Assembly (NCBI GenBank): GCA_963781585.1
Contig: CAWAGQ010000008.1
Span: 96,001 to 160,000 of the forward strand
DNA length: 64,000 nt
Direction of reading: 5' to 3'
Origin: an uncultured Gemmatimonadaceae bacterium
GTDB taxonomy: Bacteria > Gemmatimonadota > Gemmatimonadetes > Gemmatimonadales > Gemmatimonadaceae
This document shows, piece after piece, positions 1-9,525 of the stretch. Numbering within the stretch: the stretch's first letter is position 1; each line of letters opens with the position of its first letter. Made by a program: the position numbers and the translations under genes. Under the pieces are notes generated by a model. That model saw only the letters and a list, made by a program, of their open reading frames with translations. It ran no database searches and had not been told where the DNA came from.

Positions 1-1
1 G

Positions 2-181
2 CTCCGCCGGCTGGGGAAGGAAGCGGTGTGGGTGCAGTACGCCGACGCCGGGCATGGCGCGGGCCGGGCCGGGAACGAGCCGGACTTCCGGGACCACTGG
101 ACGCGGATGTTCGACTGGTTCGGGACGCACTTCGAAAAGTCTGCGGAGAAGAAGAAGGCGGCGACGTCCGGAGCGCGGTGA
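2..181 (+). CDS. C-terminal end of an S9 (prolyl oligopeptidase-like) peptidase, partial at window edge
   Basis: Frame 2 reads LRRLGKEAVWVQYADAGHG...HWTRMFDWF..., the typical S9 catalytic-His region; TGA at 179-181. Confidence 0.7.
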   Translation, partial: LRRLGKEAVWVQYADAGHGAGRAGNEPDFRDHWTRMFDWFGTHFEKSAEKKKAATSGAR

Positions 182-253
182 CGCTGACGCTCGCGTGACG
201 CGTGCGCTCGGAATTGACTCCCCATGTCCACCGCCCGGCCGTACCTTCGGCAC

Positions 254-451
254 ATGTCGTCAGACGTCCTCGTCACCGCAGACGAGCTGCTGAAGCTCGA
301 CATCGCGGGTAAGCAGGCGGAACTCGTTCGGGGGCGGCTGATCATGAGCGAGCCGCGAGGCGCTCGGCATGGTGCCACGGCGCTGGAGCTGGCGTATCTG
401 GTCGCGAGCTACCACCCACAACCAGCCAAGAATTCTCCCTGTGCACCATGA
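254..451 (+). pseudogene. Truncated Uma2 (DUF820) family endonuclease, N-terminal third only
   Basis: MSSDVLVTADELLKL...AELVRGRLIMSEPRGARHG matches a Uma2 N-terminus; similarity stops near 415 and the PD-(D/E)xK core is absent. Confidence 0.7.
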
Positions 452-1328
452 CCGCCTGGGATGGTTCGCGCTGACCGCCGCCGCCGCGGCGATCACCGGC
501 GCCGCCGCGCCGCGTGCCGCCGCGCCGGTGACGTACGACGTGTACGCCGTGCGATACGGCACGATCAAGGATTTCCCCCTCGCCTCATTGATCGCCGGCG
601 CCGACCGCGCCCAGCGCACCGACATCGCGATGATGGTCTGGCTCGTCGAGGGATCCGATGGCCGCAGACTGCTCGTCGACGCCGGCTTTCACCGCGCCGA
701 CTTCGTGAGTCGCTGGAAACCCGTCGACTTCGTCCCGCCTGACGAGGCGGTCGCGCGCGCCGGCGTCCCCGCCGACAGCATCACGGACCTCATCATCACC
801 CACATCCACTGGGACCACCTGGACGGCATCGACCTCTTCCCGCACGCGCACATCTGGATCCAGCGGGAAGAATACGAGCACTATATAGATGCGGACGGAC
901 ACCGGCTCGCGTCCGCGATCGACACCGGCGACGCGCGGTTGCTCGCCGAGGCCAAGGCGTCGGGGCGCGTGACGCTGGTCGACGGCGACGGCCGCGAGAT
1001 TTTCCCCGGAGTCACGGTCTACACCGGCGGGAAGCACACCTTTGCGTCGCAGTACGCCGGCGTGCGCACCACGTTCGGCACCGTGGTGGTGGCATCGGAC
1101 AACGCGTATCTCTACGCCAACCTCGACGAGCATCGCCCCATCGCGCAGACGCTCGACAGCCTGTCGAACCTCCGCGCGCAGCAGCGCATGCGCGAGCTCG
1201 CGAGCGACCCGCAACTCATCGTCCCGGGCCACGATCCCGCCGTGTTCGACCGGTTCCCCGCCCCGGGAAATGGCGTGGCGCACATTCTCCCACCGCGCGG
1301 CGCGGGCCGCGGGGCGTCCATCGATTGA
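441..1328 (+). CDS. Metallo-beta-lactamase-fold hydrolase, N-acyl-homoserine lactonase-like, with signal peptide
   Basis: THIHWDHLDG (HxHxDH), GGKHT, SDN and PGHD motifs; hydrophobic Ala-rich N-terminus; GTG start inferred. Confidence 0.8.
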   Translation: MHHDRLGWFALTAAAAAITGAAAPRAAAPVTYDVYAVRYGTIKDFPLASLIAGADRAQRTDIAMMVWLVEGSDGRRLLVDAGFHRADFVSRWKPVDFVPPDEAVARAGVPADSITDLIITHIHWDHLDGIDLFPHAHIWIQREEYEHYIDADGHRLASAIDTGDARLLAEAKASGRVTLVDGDGREIFPGVTVYTGGKHTFASQYAGVRTTFGTVVVASDNAYLYANLDEHRPIAQTLDSLSNLRAQQRMRELASDPQLIVPGHDPAVFDRFPAPGNGVAHILPPRGAGRGASID

Positions 1329-1547
1329 ACCCGCGTCGCGGGATGACGCGGCAGACCGACCACCCTTTCGAGCGATCGCGGCAATGTCTACTATGGGGGC
1401 GGGAACGGCCGCTTCGAAGCACGCGAATTCCCTGCGGCAGCGCCCCACGAATTGCTGATCGCGACGCAGCCGATGCCGCGCGTTGGACCGGCAACAGGAT
1501 CAGCCGGAGTGGTCTCGAGCACCCTCGCGGTTCCCTGGCGGTGGATC

Positions 1548-2762
1548 ATGATGTTTCCTCCTTCCAGCCGACGGTTTTCGCCGTTCTTCCTTCTCGCCCT
1601 CGCCGCGGGGTGTGCCGGCAGCGGGGAGCGAACAGGAAGCAGCACGATCACTGATTCCGCCGGGGTTCGCATCGTCACGAGCACCGGTAGCGTCTGGGGT
1701 GCACAGGGGCTGCGTGTCGATTCCATTCCCCTGGTCCGAATCGGGTCGGAGGAAGCGGGCCCGTATCAGTTCAGCTTCATCTGGCAGGGCCTCCTGCTGG
1801 ATGGCGGCGGGTTTGCCGTGGCGGAGGCAGCGACGAACGAGGTGCGCCTGTTCGACGCTGATGGTCGGCATCTCAGGAGCTTCGGCCGCCGCGGCAGAGG
1901 ACCAGGCGAATTCCAGGCCATCTCGGGGCTGTTCCGATATCCGGGCGATTCTCTGGCAGCGTACGATCAGATCGAACGCCGGGCAACGATCTTCCCGTTG
2001 TCGAACGGCGAGCCGAGGCTGGTGCGCACCCAGGCGCCGGGCAACCTCAACGCCTTCGGTGCGCTTGGCAGCGGCGGCCTCCTGTTGTACAACCCCGGCT
2101 CTTCGTACCACCCGGAGAAGAGCCCCGGCCTGCAGTGGGACACGACGGACGTTGTCGTCCTCGACCCGGCCGACGGCGCGGCCCAGACCATCATGCGGCT
2201 CCCCTCACGTCAGCAGTTCGTCGAGCCGGATGGCAACACGCGACGCCTCGCGCCGGCCCACAACACGATCAAGGCAGCAACCGATAGCGGGTTTTTCTGG
2301 GCGACGTCGGATCGTTATGAGATCCGGTTCTTCGACCAGGACGGCAGGCTGCGCCGTATCCTGAAGCGCCCGGTCGAGCCGGAATCGGTCGTGCCGTCCA
2401 TGATAGACGCCTGGATCGCCGCCACCCTGGAGGACGTGGCCCGGACCGAGGGCGCGGCGGCCATTCCCAGGGTTCGGCAGGCCCTCCTCGCCGAGGCGTC
2501 GTATGGGACTCAGGTGCCCCTGTTCGATCGGGCATTCGTGGATGGAGAGGGCAGGCTGTGGTTGGGCGCGTCAATCTGGCCCGACCTTCAGGGCACGACC
2601 CGCCGATGGAGCCTCTTTGCTTCAGAGGGTGCGTGGCTCGGCGACCTGGACGCACCCGCACATTTGCAGATTCTCGACTGCCGGGACAATCTCATCCTCG
2701 GGATCCGGCAGGAGGAGGGCGAGGCACCTCATGTGCAGGTGCATCGGCTCCTGAGTCCGTAG
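1548..2762 (+). CDS. Putative 6-bladed beta-propeller (NHL-like) lipoprotein
   Basis: Lipobox LAAGC; DSAGVRIV; FGRRGRGPGEF motif; VDGEGRLW; paralogous to 32964-34142 and 56749-57858. Confidence 0.7.
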   Translation: MMFPPSSRRFSPFFLLALAAGCAGSGERTGSSTITDSAGVRIVTSTGSVWGAQGLRVDSIPLVRIGSEEAGPYQFSFIWQGLLLDGGGFAVAEAATNEVRLFDADGRHLRSFGRRGRGPGEFQAISGLFRYPGDSLAAYDQIERRATIFPLSNGEPRLVRTQAPGNLNAFGALGSGGLLLYNPGSSYHPEKSPGLQWDTTDVVVLDPADGAAQTIMRLPSRQQFVEPDGNTRRLAPAHNTIKAATDSGFFWATSDRYEIRFFDQDGRLRRILKRPVEPESVVPSMIDAWIAATLEDVARTEGAAAIPRVRQALLAEASYGTQVPLFDRAFVDGEGRLWLGASIWPDLQGTTRRWSLFASEGAWLGDLDAPAHLQILDCRDNLILGIRQEEGEAPHVQVHRLLSP

Positions 2763-2871
2763 CCGAACCGCAGATCGCGTCCAGGGGCGCTCTGTGCAAT
2801 CGCGAACATCGATGCATCTTTCGCGAACCCAGGGAGCGCCCACTCATTTCCACCCGCGCGGAGCCGGGGCC

Positions 2872-3729
2872 ATGCACATGCGCAACGTCTGTCTGACATC
2901 GTCAGGTCTCGTCGCGGTCGCGGTGCTTCACTCCGCCTGCACGTCCGAGCTGCCGGAACACCCGGTCGAATACCGCTCCCCGGCCGGCGTCGATTACGTG
3001 GCCCTGTCGGACACCGGAGCCGTGGCGCACGCGGACTCCACCCTGGCGGCGGACCCGGGCAACGTCGGGAAGATCCTCCAGCTCGGCCTCGCCCAGGCCG
3101 GCATCCGCCGTTACCGCGAGGCGATCGCGACCTTCACCCGGGCCATTGCCATCGCGCCCGACAGCGGCATCCTCTACCGCTGGCGCGGCCACCGCTATCT
3201 CTCGGTGCGGCAACTGGACAGCGCGCGCGCCGACCTGGAACACGGGCTCGCCCTCGATTCCACGCTGTACGGCTGCTGGTATCACCTGGGTGTGGTGAAG
3301 TACGTGAGCGGGGACTTCGCCGGTGCCGCCGACGCCTTCGCCCACGCGCTGCCGCTCGCGCCTAACGCCGAAGAGCACGCCGGCTCGATCGACTGGGGCT
3401 GGATGTCCCTGTCACGGGCCGGGCGCTCCGCCGATGCCCAGGCCTGGCTCGACCGCAACAGCGATTCGATCCCGGCGGTGAATGCCTACACGCGGCGGCT
3501 GCAGCTCTATCGCGGCCAGATTCCGCCGGAGCAGCTGATCACGCCGGCCGACACGGACAATATCCAGGTGGCGACGCTGAAATACGGACTGGGCAACTGG
3601 TACCTGCTGCACGGCGACACGGCCCAGGCTCGTGCCGCTTTCGAGCAGTCGGTCGCGTCCGGCGGCTGGCCGGCATTCGGGTTCATTGCATCAGAGGCGG
3701 AGTTGCGGCGCCTGGGCGGCGCGAAGTAG
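2872..3729 (+). CDS. Tetratricopeptide-repeat lipoprotein
   Basis: Lipobox LHSAC; TPR patterns (YREAIATFTRAIAIAP, WYHLGVVKY...AF..AL). Confidence 0.75.
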   Translation: MHMRNVCLTSSGLVAVAVLHSACTSELPEHPVEYRSPAGVDYVALSDTGAVAHADSTLAADPGNVGKILQLGLAQAGIRRYREAIATFTRAIAIAPDSGILYRWRGHRYLSVRQLDSARADLEHGLALDSTLYGCWYHLGVVKYVSGDFAGAADAFAHALPLAPNAEEHAGSIDWGWMSLSRAGRSADAQAWLDRNSDSIPAVNAYTRRLQLYRGQIPPEQLITPADTDNIQVATLKYGLGNWYLLHGDTAQARAAFEQSVASGGWPAFGFIASEAELRRLGGAK

Positions 3730-3782
3730 GTCTCCGGTCCGCCGGCGCCGCTCGTCGCCGGACTGATCAGGCCATCAGAGCC

Positions 3783-4268
3783 TCAGCGGGCGACTCCGGC
3801 CGGCGCGAGGCGCTGGCGGATCGCGCCCAGATGATAGGTCGCGTGCGCGATCGCGCCGACCGCGGCGCCCAACGCGTCCTCGTTCCAGTCGTCGCGACTC
3901 CGCACCACCACGACCAGGCTTTCGTACTCCCGCCGCAGCTGGGCCTGCAGCGCGGCCCACGCGGCGTCGTCCACCACCGACACCGTCCAGCTCTGGCTGC
4001 GATCGCGCGAGGTCCGCTCACCGCGCACCTCCCGCGTGGCGAGCGCGAGGCTGGCCGCCACGTGATGCACGTGTCCGGCGATGCTCGTCTGACCGGGGCC
4101 GCCCTCCTGCGAGGCCTGGGCGAGGCTCAGGCGACTGATCGTCCCCAGTAATCCGGTCCCGGGGCCCGTGTCGCTGAAATAGGTCCAGGGGCCGGGAGGC
4201 CCCTCGAACGCTTCACGCAGCATTCGCAGCAGAAGACCAACCGTTACCGCGCTCGGTGTACCGCTCAT
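3783..4268 (-). CDS. DinB family protein
   Basis: SIAGHVHH and AHATYHLGAIRQ His motifs typical of the DinB four-helix bundle. Confidence 0.75.
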   Translation of the reverse strand: MSGTPSAVTVGLLLRMLREAFEGPPGPWTYFSDTGPGTGLLGTISRLSLAQASQEGGPGQTSIAGHVHHVAASLALATREVRGERTSRDRSQSWTVSVVDDAAWAALQAQLRREYESLVVVVRSRDDWNEDALGAAVGAIAHATYHLGAIRQRLAPAGVAR

Positions 4269-4304
4269 CGCCCCTCGTCCTCCCCGTTAGGCAGCATCCC
4301 GTTG

Positions 4305-5636
4305 CTACATCGCCAGCGCCATCCCCACGAATCCTACCACACTCACGATCAGCGCGCCGGGCACCGCGAAGCGCAGCCATCGGCCGAGCGGCACGCCCGC
4401 GGCCAGCAGCATCGCCAGCAACGCGCCGTTGCTCGGTGTGATCATGTCCATCATCGTCCCGCCGGTGAGATAGGCCATCACCGCCACCTGACGCGGGATC
4501 GACAGCAGGTCGGCCACCGGCGCCATGATCGGCATGGTGAGCACAGCCTGCCCGCTGTTGGACACGACCGCCACGTGCAGCAGCGCCTGAATCGGCACCA
4601 TCATCCCGGCCGCGAGCAGTCGCGGCATGTGATGGAGCGGCTGCGCGAGCCCGTGCACGATGGTGTCGATCACCCGCCCGTCGGTGAGCACCACCGAGAT
4701 GGCGCGAGAGACGCCGACGAACAGCGCCGCAGCCAGCATCGTCTCCATCGATTTCAGGAATTCCACCGCCGTTCCACGCAGTCCCATGCCCGCCACCAGA
4801 CCGACCGCGAACCCGGCCACGAGAAAGAGCGCCGACAGCTCGTTGAATCCCCAGTCGAGAGCGAGCACGCCGTAGACGTACGGACCGAACGGCACGATGA
4901 CCAGCGCCAGCAGCACCCAGTCGCGGGCGCGCACGCCCTGGTGCGAGAGCGCCTCGATCTCCGGACGCACGTCGTCACGCTTCGTCTGGGATGCCGTCCA
5001 CGCGATCCAGAGCGCGACCGCCGCCACCAGCATCGCGAACCGCAGCCCGCCCGACGTCAGCGGCGGAAGCTCCGAGTACCGCAGCGCGACCCCGGACGCG
5101 AACGGATTCGTCGGCCCGAACGATGCCCCCACCACCGCCGACCCGACGCTCATCGCGAGCGCCGTCACTGCCCCGAATCCGAGTCCGCGACTCAACACCA
5201 GCATCACCGGAACGAGCGCAATGATCTCCTCGTGCATGTTCTCGAGCGCGCCGAGTGACGCAAACAGCGAGCAGACGATCGCCATCACGACGACCGGCCG
5301 CCCCGACCGGCCCACCAGTGCGCCGACCAGGCGACCCAGGGCGCCGGTGCGGTCGAGGAGCGCGAACGCGCCGCCGACAAAGAGGATCACGCAGATCACG
5401 TCGGCGCCGTCGACGATTCCTCTCGGCACGGCAATCACCGCGGCCATCGGTCGCACGGCCGCCGGCGGCACGGCGTGATAGGTTCCCGCCTGGACGATGC
5501 GCCGTCCGGTCTGTGGATCCTCGCGGCGATCGTACTGGCCGGCCGGAAGCACCCACGTGAGCACGGCGGCGACCGCGACGCCACCGAGCAGGAGGACGAG
5601 TGGGTGGGGAAGCGACAGGCGGAACCGCGCCATCAA
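4305..5636 (-). CDS. YfcC / DcuC-like (C4-dicarboxylate anaerobic carrier family) transporter
   Basis: LPHPLVLL, LTWVLPAGQYDR, NPF and SNSGQAVLTMPIMAPVADL motifs; many TM helices. Confidence 0.85.
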   Translation of the reverse strand: MMARFRLSLPHPLVLLLGGVAVAAVLTWVLPAGQYDRREDPQTGRRIVQAGTYHAVPPAAVRPMAAVIAVPRGIVDGADVICVILFVGGAFALLDRTGALGRLVGALVGRSGRPVVVMAIVCSLFASLGALENMHEEIIALVPVMLVLSRGLGFGAVTALAMSVGSAVVGASFGPTNPFASGVALRYSELPPLTSGGLRFAMLVAAVALWIAWTASQTKRDDVRPEIEALSHQGVRARDWVLLALVIVPFGPYVYGVLALDWGFNELSALFLVAGFAVGLVAGMGLRGTAVEFLKSMETMLAAALFVGVSRAISVVLTDGRVIDTIVHGLAQPLHHMPRLLAAGMMVPIQALLHVAVVSNSGQAVLTMPIMAPVADLLSIPRQVAVMAYLTGGTMMDMITPSNGALLAMLLAAGVPLGRWLRFAVPGALIVSVVGFVGMALAM

Positions 5637-5835
5637 CGCACTGCGCCGTGGCTCAACGCTTCATCGCCTCGGCCATCTGCAGATCATCGTGGGGCATGAG
5701 CCGTTATCCGGGAGCGGGGCACGCGAAGCGGGGAAGCGGAGGGACAGGGATGCCGTCGGCGCGTAGGAGGATGCACGCCGATCCGGTGAGCAGCAAGATG
5801 GCAGGCATCGCTCGCGAGCGACCAGGCAGTCGCGG

Positions 5836-6165
5836 TCAGCCGTGGAATCTTGCGGGCAGATAGTTCCATCGAATGAGGAACGCGACGATCAACACCGCCA
5901 GCAGCGCGGTCGCCGAGAACAGCGAGCGCCGCGCCGGATCCCACCATCGTCGTCGCCAGGAGACGATCGCACCCACGACCACGACCACCGCGAGTGCCGT
6001 CAGCGCCCACGGCACCAGCGCCAATGCGCGCCACGCCGGCGTAACGCCGAATACCAAACCCGTGGCGCGCTCGAACATCCGCACCGACCGCGCGATGAAC
6101 CCGAAGGCGAAGACAGGCCAGCCCAGCGCCAGCAGGTGACCGGCCGCAATGCCGGGAAGCGGTAA
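5836..6165 (-). pseudogene. Orphan 3-TM C-terminal fragment, probably the tail of a membrane-anchored hydrolase
   Basis: Frame reads GIAAGHLLALGWPVFAFGF...WRRRWW...LIRWNYLP; closed upstream by TAA with no convincing start. Confidence 0.4.
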
Positions 6166-6250
6166 CCCGGTGTGACGTCGCCCTCGCGGAGGCTGTCCGC
6201 CATCCCCGATGCCGGGTTATGATTGCGGCACCCGATCCAGAGGACCGCCA

Positions 6251-7648
6251 GTGTCTTCCATCATACGCGTGCTCGTGGCCAGCGGCGTCCTGCTCCGCGG
6301 CGTCGCCGGCCTGGCGGCGCAGGAACCATCTCGCACCGCCCTGGTCGCACGCCTCGACTCGATCGCCGGGGCACCGGTGAAAGGCGGCGCTGTGGCCGGG
6401 ATGGCGGTCGCGGTGGTCAAGGGCCGCGACACGCTCCTGTTCAAGGGCTACGGCCTGTCCGATCTGGAGAATCAGGTCCCGGTGACGCCGCAGACTGTAT
6501 TCCGCATCGGCTCCATCACCAAGCAGTTCACCTCCTCGGCGGTGATGCAGCTTGTGGAGCAGGGCAGGATCGGACTGGACGACGAGATCACGAGATACCT
6601 GCCGACGTTTCCGACCCACGGGCACCGGATTCTGGTGCGACACCTGCTGAATCACACGTCGGGTATTCCGAGCTACACCGACATCGGCCCGAGCTTCGGC
6701 CGCGTCGCGCGCCTCGACCTGGCGCATGATTCGCTTCTCGCCATCGTCGCGCCGGACTCCCTGATGTTCGAGCCGGGAACGCACTTCTACTACAACAACA
6801 CCGGCTACTTCATGCTCGGCATGATTCTCGAGCACGTCACCGGTCAGAAGTACGGCGACTATCTCGCGGAGCGGTTGTTCACGCCGAACGGGCTGACGCA
6901 GACGACGTACTGCGATACGCGGAAGCTCATTCCGCATCGCGCGCAGGGTTACGATCGCACCCCGGCCGGTCCCGTGAATACCGGCTTCCTGAGCATGGAT
7001 CTGCCGTTTGCCGCCGGGTCACTGTGTTCGACGGTCGGAGATCTCGTGTCGTGGACGCGGCTGCTGTCGTCGGGCGCCATCGTCGGCGCTGCGTCGTACC
7101 GGCAGATGACGACGCCCGTGGCGTTACCCAGCGGCCGGCCGATGAACTACGGATTCGGCCTCACGTCCGACTCGGTCGGTGACCACCGCATGATCGCGCA
7201 TGGCGGGGGAATCAATGGCTTCATCTCGCAGCTGGCGTATTTCCCGCAGGATTCGCTGACCATTGCCGTACTCGCCAACACATCGCCCGCGCCATCGGGC
7301 GCTGTCGCCGAGGCGATCGCGCGGACCGTGCTTGGCGTGCCGCCGCCCGCGCCGACGCCGCCGAAGGACCTTCCGGTCACGCCGGAGGACCGGGCGCGGT
7401 ACGCGGGCGACTACGCGATGACGCGACCCGACGGATCGAAGCAGGCCGTTCGCGTCTTCGACGACAACGGCCAGCTCATGTTCCAGCCCAATGGACAACG
7501 AGCGGTGAAGTTGACCAGCCAGGGTGGCACCGTGTTCCTGGCCGTCGGCGCGGGCCGGGTGGCGTTCGACGTCGTCGACGGCCGGGCGGTCGGCTTCGTC
7601 TTCGGCGGCGGCGCGCGCGCGCTCGAGGCGACCCGGCGTTCCCCCTAG
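6251..7648 (+). CDS. Serine hydrolase, class C beta-lactamase / S12 family, secreted
   Basis: FRIGSITK (SxxK), LLNHTSG, YYNNTGY (YxN) and HGGGINGF; signal peptide. Confidence 0.9.
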   Translation: MSSIIRVLVASGVLLRGVAGLAAQEPSRTALVARLDSIAGAPVKGGAVAGMAVAVVKGRDTLLFKGYGLSDLENQVPVTPQTVFRIGSITKQFTSSAVMQLVEQGRIGLDDEITRYLPTFPTHGHRILVRHLLNHTSGIPSYTDIGPSFGRVARLDLAHDSLLAIVAPDSLMFEPGTHFYYNNTGYFMLGMILEHVTGQKYGDYLAERLFTPNGLTQTTYCDTRKLIPHRAQGYDRTPAGPVNTGFLSMDLPFAAGSLCSTVGDLVSWTRLLSSGAIVGAASYRQMTTPVALPSGRPMNYGFGLTSDSVGDHRMIAHGGGINGFISQLAYFPQDSLTIAVLANTSPAPSGAVAEAIARTVLGVPPPAPTPPKDLPVTPEDRARYAGDYAMTRPDGSKQAVRVFDDNGQLMFQPNGQRAVKLTSQGGTVFLAVGAGRVAFDVVDGRAVGFVFGGGARALEATRRSP

Positions 7649-8613
7649 CCTAACGATACCACCGCTTTCCCCCGGGCGTGGCCTTCCTCGAGCCAGCGGA
7701 TGGCGTGGGAGACCTGCATCAGCGTGTAGCGCCTGCCAATGACCGGCCTGACCTTGTTCGCCTCCATCAACTCAGCGAGGGCGACCAGGTCGTCCTTCTT
7801 CATCGACGCCGCGCCCAGGACCAGAGTCCGGCTCACGAATCGCGACAACACCAGTGTCTTGAGCGCGCCGGCCAGCGGTCCAATCCAGCGCCCGGCAGGA
7901 CCTCCGATCCAGACAAAGGTCCCGCCGAGGTTCATCACGCGGCGGTAGGCCGACCACGCGCGGTTCCCCGCGGTGGTGAAGATCAGGTCGTATCGCTCAC
8001 TGCTCCGCGTGAAATCTTCCCGGGTGTAGTCGATGACATGGTCCGCGCCGATCGATCGCACGTGGTCCACGTTCGCGGTGCTGCACACCCCGGTGACCTG
8101 CGCGCCGACCGACTTGGCGATCTGCACGGCGAAATGGCCGATCCCTCCCGCCGCACCGGTGATCAGGACCTTCTGTCCCGACTGAAGCCGCCCTTTGTCG
8201 CGAAGCCCCTGCAGCGCGGTCACCCCCGCGGTGGGTGCGGCCGCCGCCTGCTCGAATGTGACGTTGGCGGGCTTCATCGCCAGATGGTGCTCGCGGGCAC
8301 AGACGTACTCTGCACAGGCGCCCCGGCCGGCGCCGAAGACCGCAGCACCCGGTTGAAACTGCTTGACGTTCCTGCCGACGCCTTCGACCTCGCCGGCCAG
8401 ATCGACTCCGAACCGCGTCGTCTTCGGCCTGCGCAGCCCGGTCATGACGCGAATCGGATACGGTTCCCCTCGCATGAAGTGACAATCCATTTGATTGACG
8501 GAAGCCGCCCGAACCCTCACCAGGACGTCATCGTCACCGGGCGTGGGCTTGTCGATTTCCTCACAACAGAGAACATCGGGCGGGCCATACCCGTGATAGA
8601 CGATGGCTTTCAT
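7645..8613 (-). CDS. NAD(P)-dependent alcohol dehydrogenase / quinone oxidoreductase (MDR family)
   Basis: VLVRVRAASVN, GAAGGIGHFAVQIAK, GADHVIDYTRED and HARGKAVV. Confidence 0.9.
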   Translation of the reverse strand: MKAIVYHGYGPPDVLCCEEIDKPTPGDDDVLVRVRAASVNQMDCHFMRGEPYPIRVMTGLRRPKTTRFGVDLAGEVEGVGRNVKQFQPGAAVFGAGRGACAEYVCAREHHLAMKPANVTFEQAAAAPTAGVTALQGLRDKGRLQSGQKVLITGAAGGIGHFAVQIAKSVGAQVTGVCSTANVDHVRSIGADHVIDYTREDFTRSSERYDLIFTTAGNRAWSAYRRVMNLGGTFVWIGGPAGRWIGPLAGALKTLVLSRFVSRTLVLGAASMKKDDLVALAELMEANKVRPVIGRRYTLMQVSHAIRWLEEGHARGKAVVSLG

Positions 8614-8815
8614 TCGTCAGGCAGAGTCTCCCGCACGCCCTTGATCAGCATCCAGCCCATGAACCCGCCCTCTCCAGCAGCTGGGCGGGAACCAGGCCTC
8701 GGTGAACAGCGCGTCCTGTCTCGTGGCGTATCCGGATCCCGCGTCGTTTTTCTCGCGCGTTCAAGCGGTGGACGGGCGCAGTCCGCGCGCGGCACTACGC
8801 CCGTCCTGGCCGCTT

Positions 8816-9319
8816 CTAGCCCTTCGCCGCCGGCGCCGGTCCGTCGGCGTTGACCTCATATGTCACCCGCCACGCACCGTCAGAACCCTTCTTCCAGCTG
8901 TCGGCGAACGGGTTCATTCGGCTCTCGGGCTTCTTCCCCTTTACGGTCATCGTATAAGCGCCGTGGGAGAACGTGACGGCCTCGGAGTCGCTGACCACGA
9001 TCAGCTTGTCGATGACCACCTGACTGTACGTGAACGACTCGAAGCTCCCGAAGAAAGCCTTCGCCCCGGCCGCGATGTTGGCGCGCCCCGTAAAGGTGCT
9101 GGCGTCCGGAAGGATCCACGTCGCGTCCTCGGTGAAGATATTGGCTATGGCGGCCGCGTCCTTGGAGGCGATGGCAGGGGCAAACTTCCCGAGCGCGTCG
9201 GTGAGCGCGGCCCGGATCGCGCTCTCATCGGGCGGCGGCGGCGGCGGTGCGGGCGTCGGGGCACATGCGGTGACCACTGCGGCGAGGACGGCCAGGCGCA
9301 GGGCGGCTGAGGCGTTCAT
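8816..9319 (-). CDS. NTF2-like (DUF4440/SnoaL-like) lipoprotein
   Basis: Lipobox VVTAC, Pro linker, DAAAIANIFTEDA...GRANI and WKKGSDGAWR. Confidence 0.75.
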   Translation of the reverse strand: MNASAALRLAVLAAVVTACAPTPAPPPPPPDESAIRAALTDALGKFAPAIASKDAAAIANIFTEDATWILPDASTFTGRANIAAGAKAFFGSFESFTYSQVVIDKLIVVSDSEAVTFSHGAYTMTVKGKKPESRMNPFADSWKKGSDGAWRVTYEVNADGPAPAAKG

Positions 9320-9525
9320 GGGTGTCTCTGGTCGGGGTGAGCGTGAAATCGGGGGAGACTATCCTACGGCAACCCGGTGGCGGGCACAACGCGGGTGGCG
9401 ACGGCCGTTCGCACCGGGTGCGACGGAAACGGTGTCAGGGTTCGCCGGATAGTGCCCGGGTGCGATGAGCCCCACGCTGTGAACGGTGGCCTGGAACTTC
9501 GTGTCTCACTTACGACCCTGATGCG

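Noticed and set aside
6251..7648. Antibiotic-resistance beta-lactamase
   Set aside because: The motifs fit the broad S12 serine hydrolase family; nothing here supports beta-lactam specificity.
9320..9525. Riboswitch or ncRNA in the longer intergenic gaps (also 8614-8815, 30330-30720, 45060-45410)
   Set aside because: No conserved riboswitch or tRNA signature was recognisable by eye; an Infernal/Rfam search would be needed.
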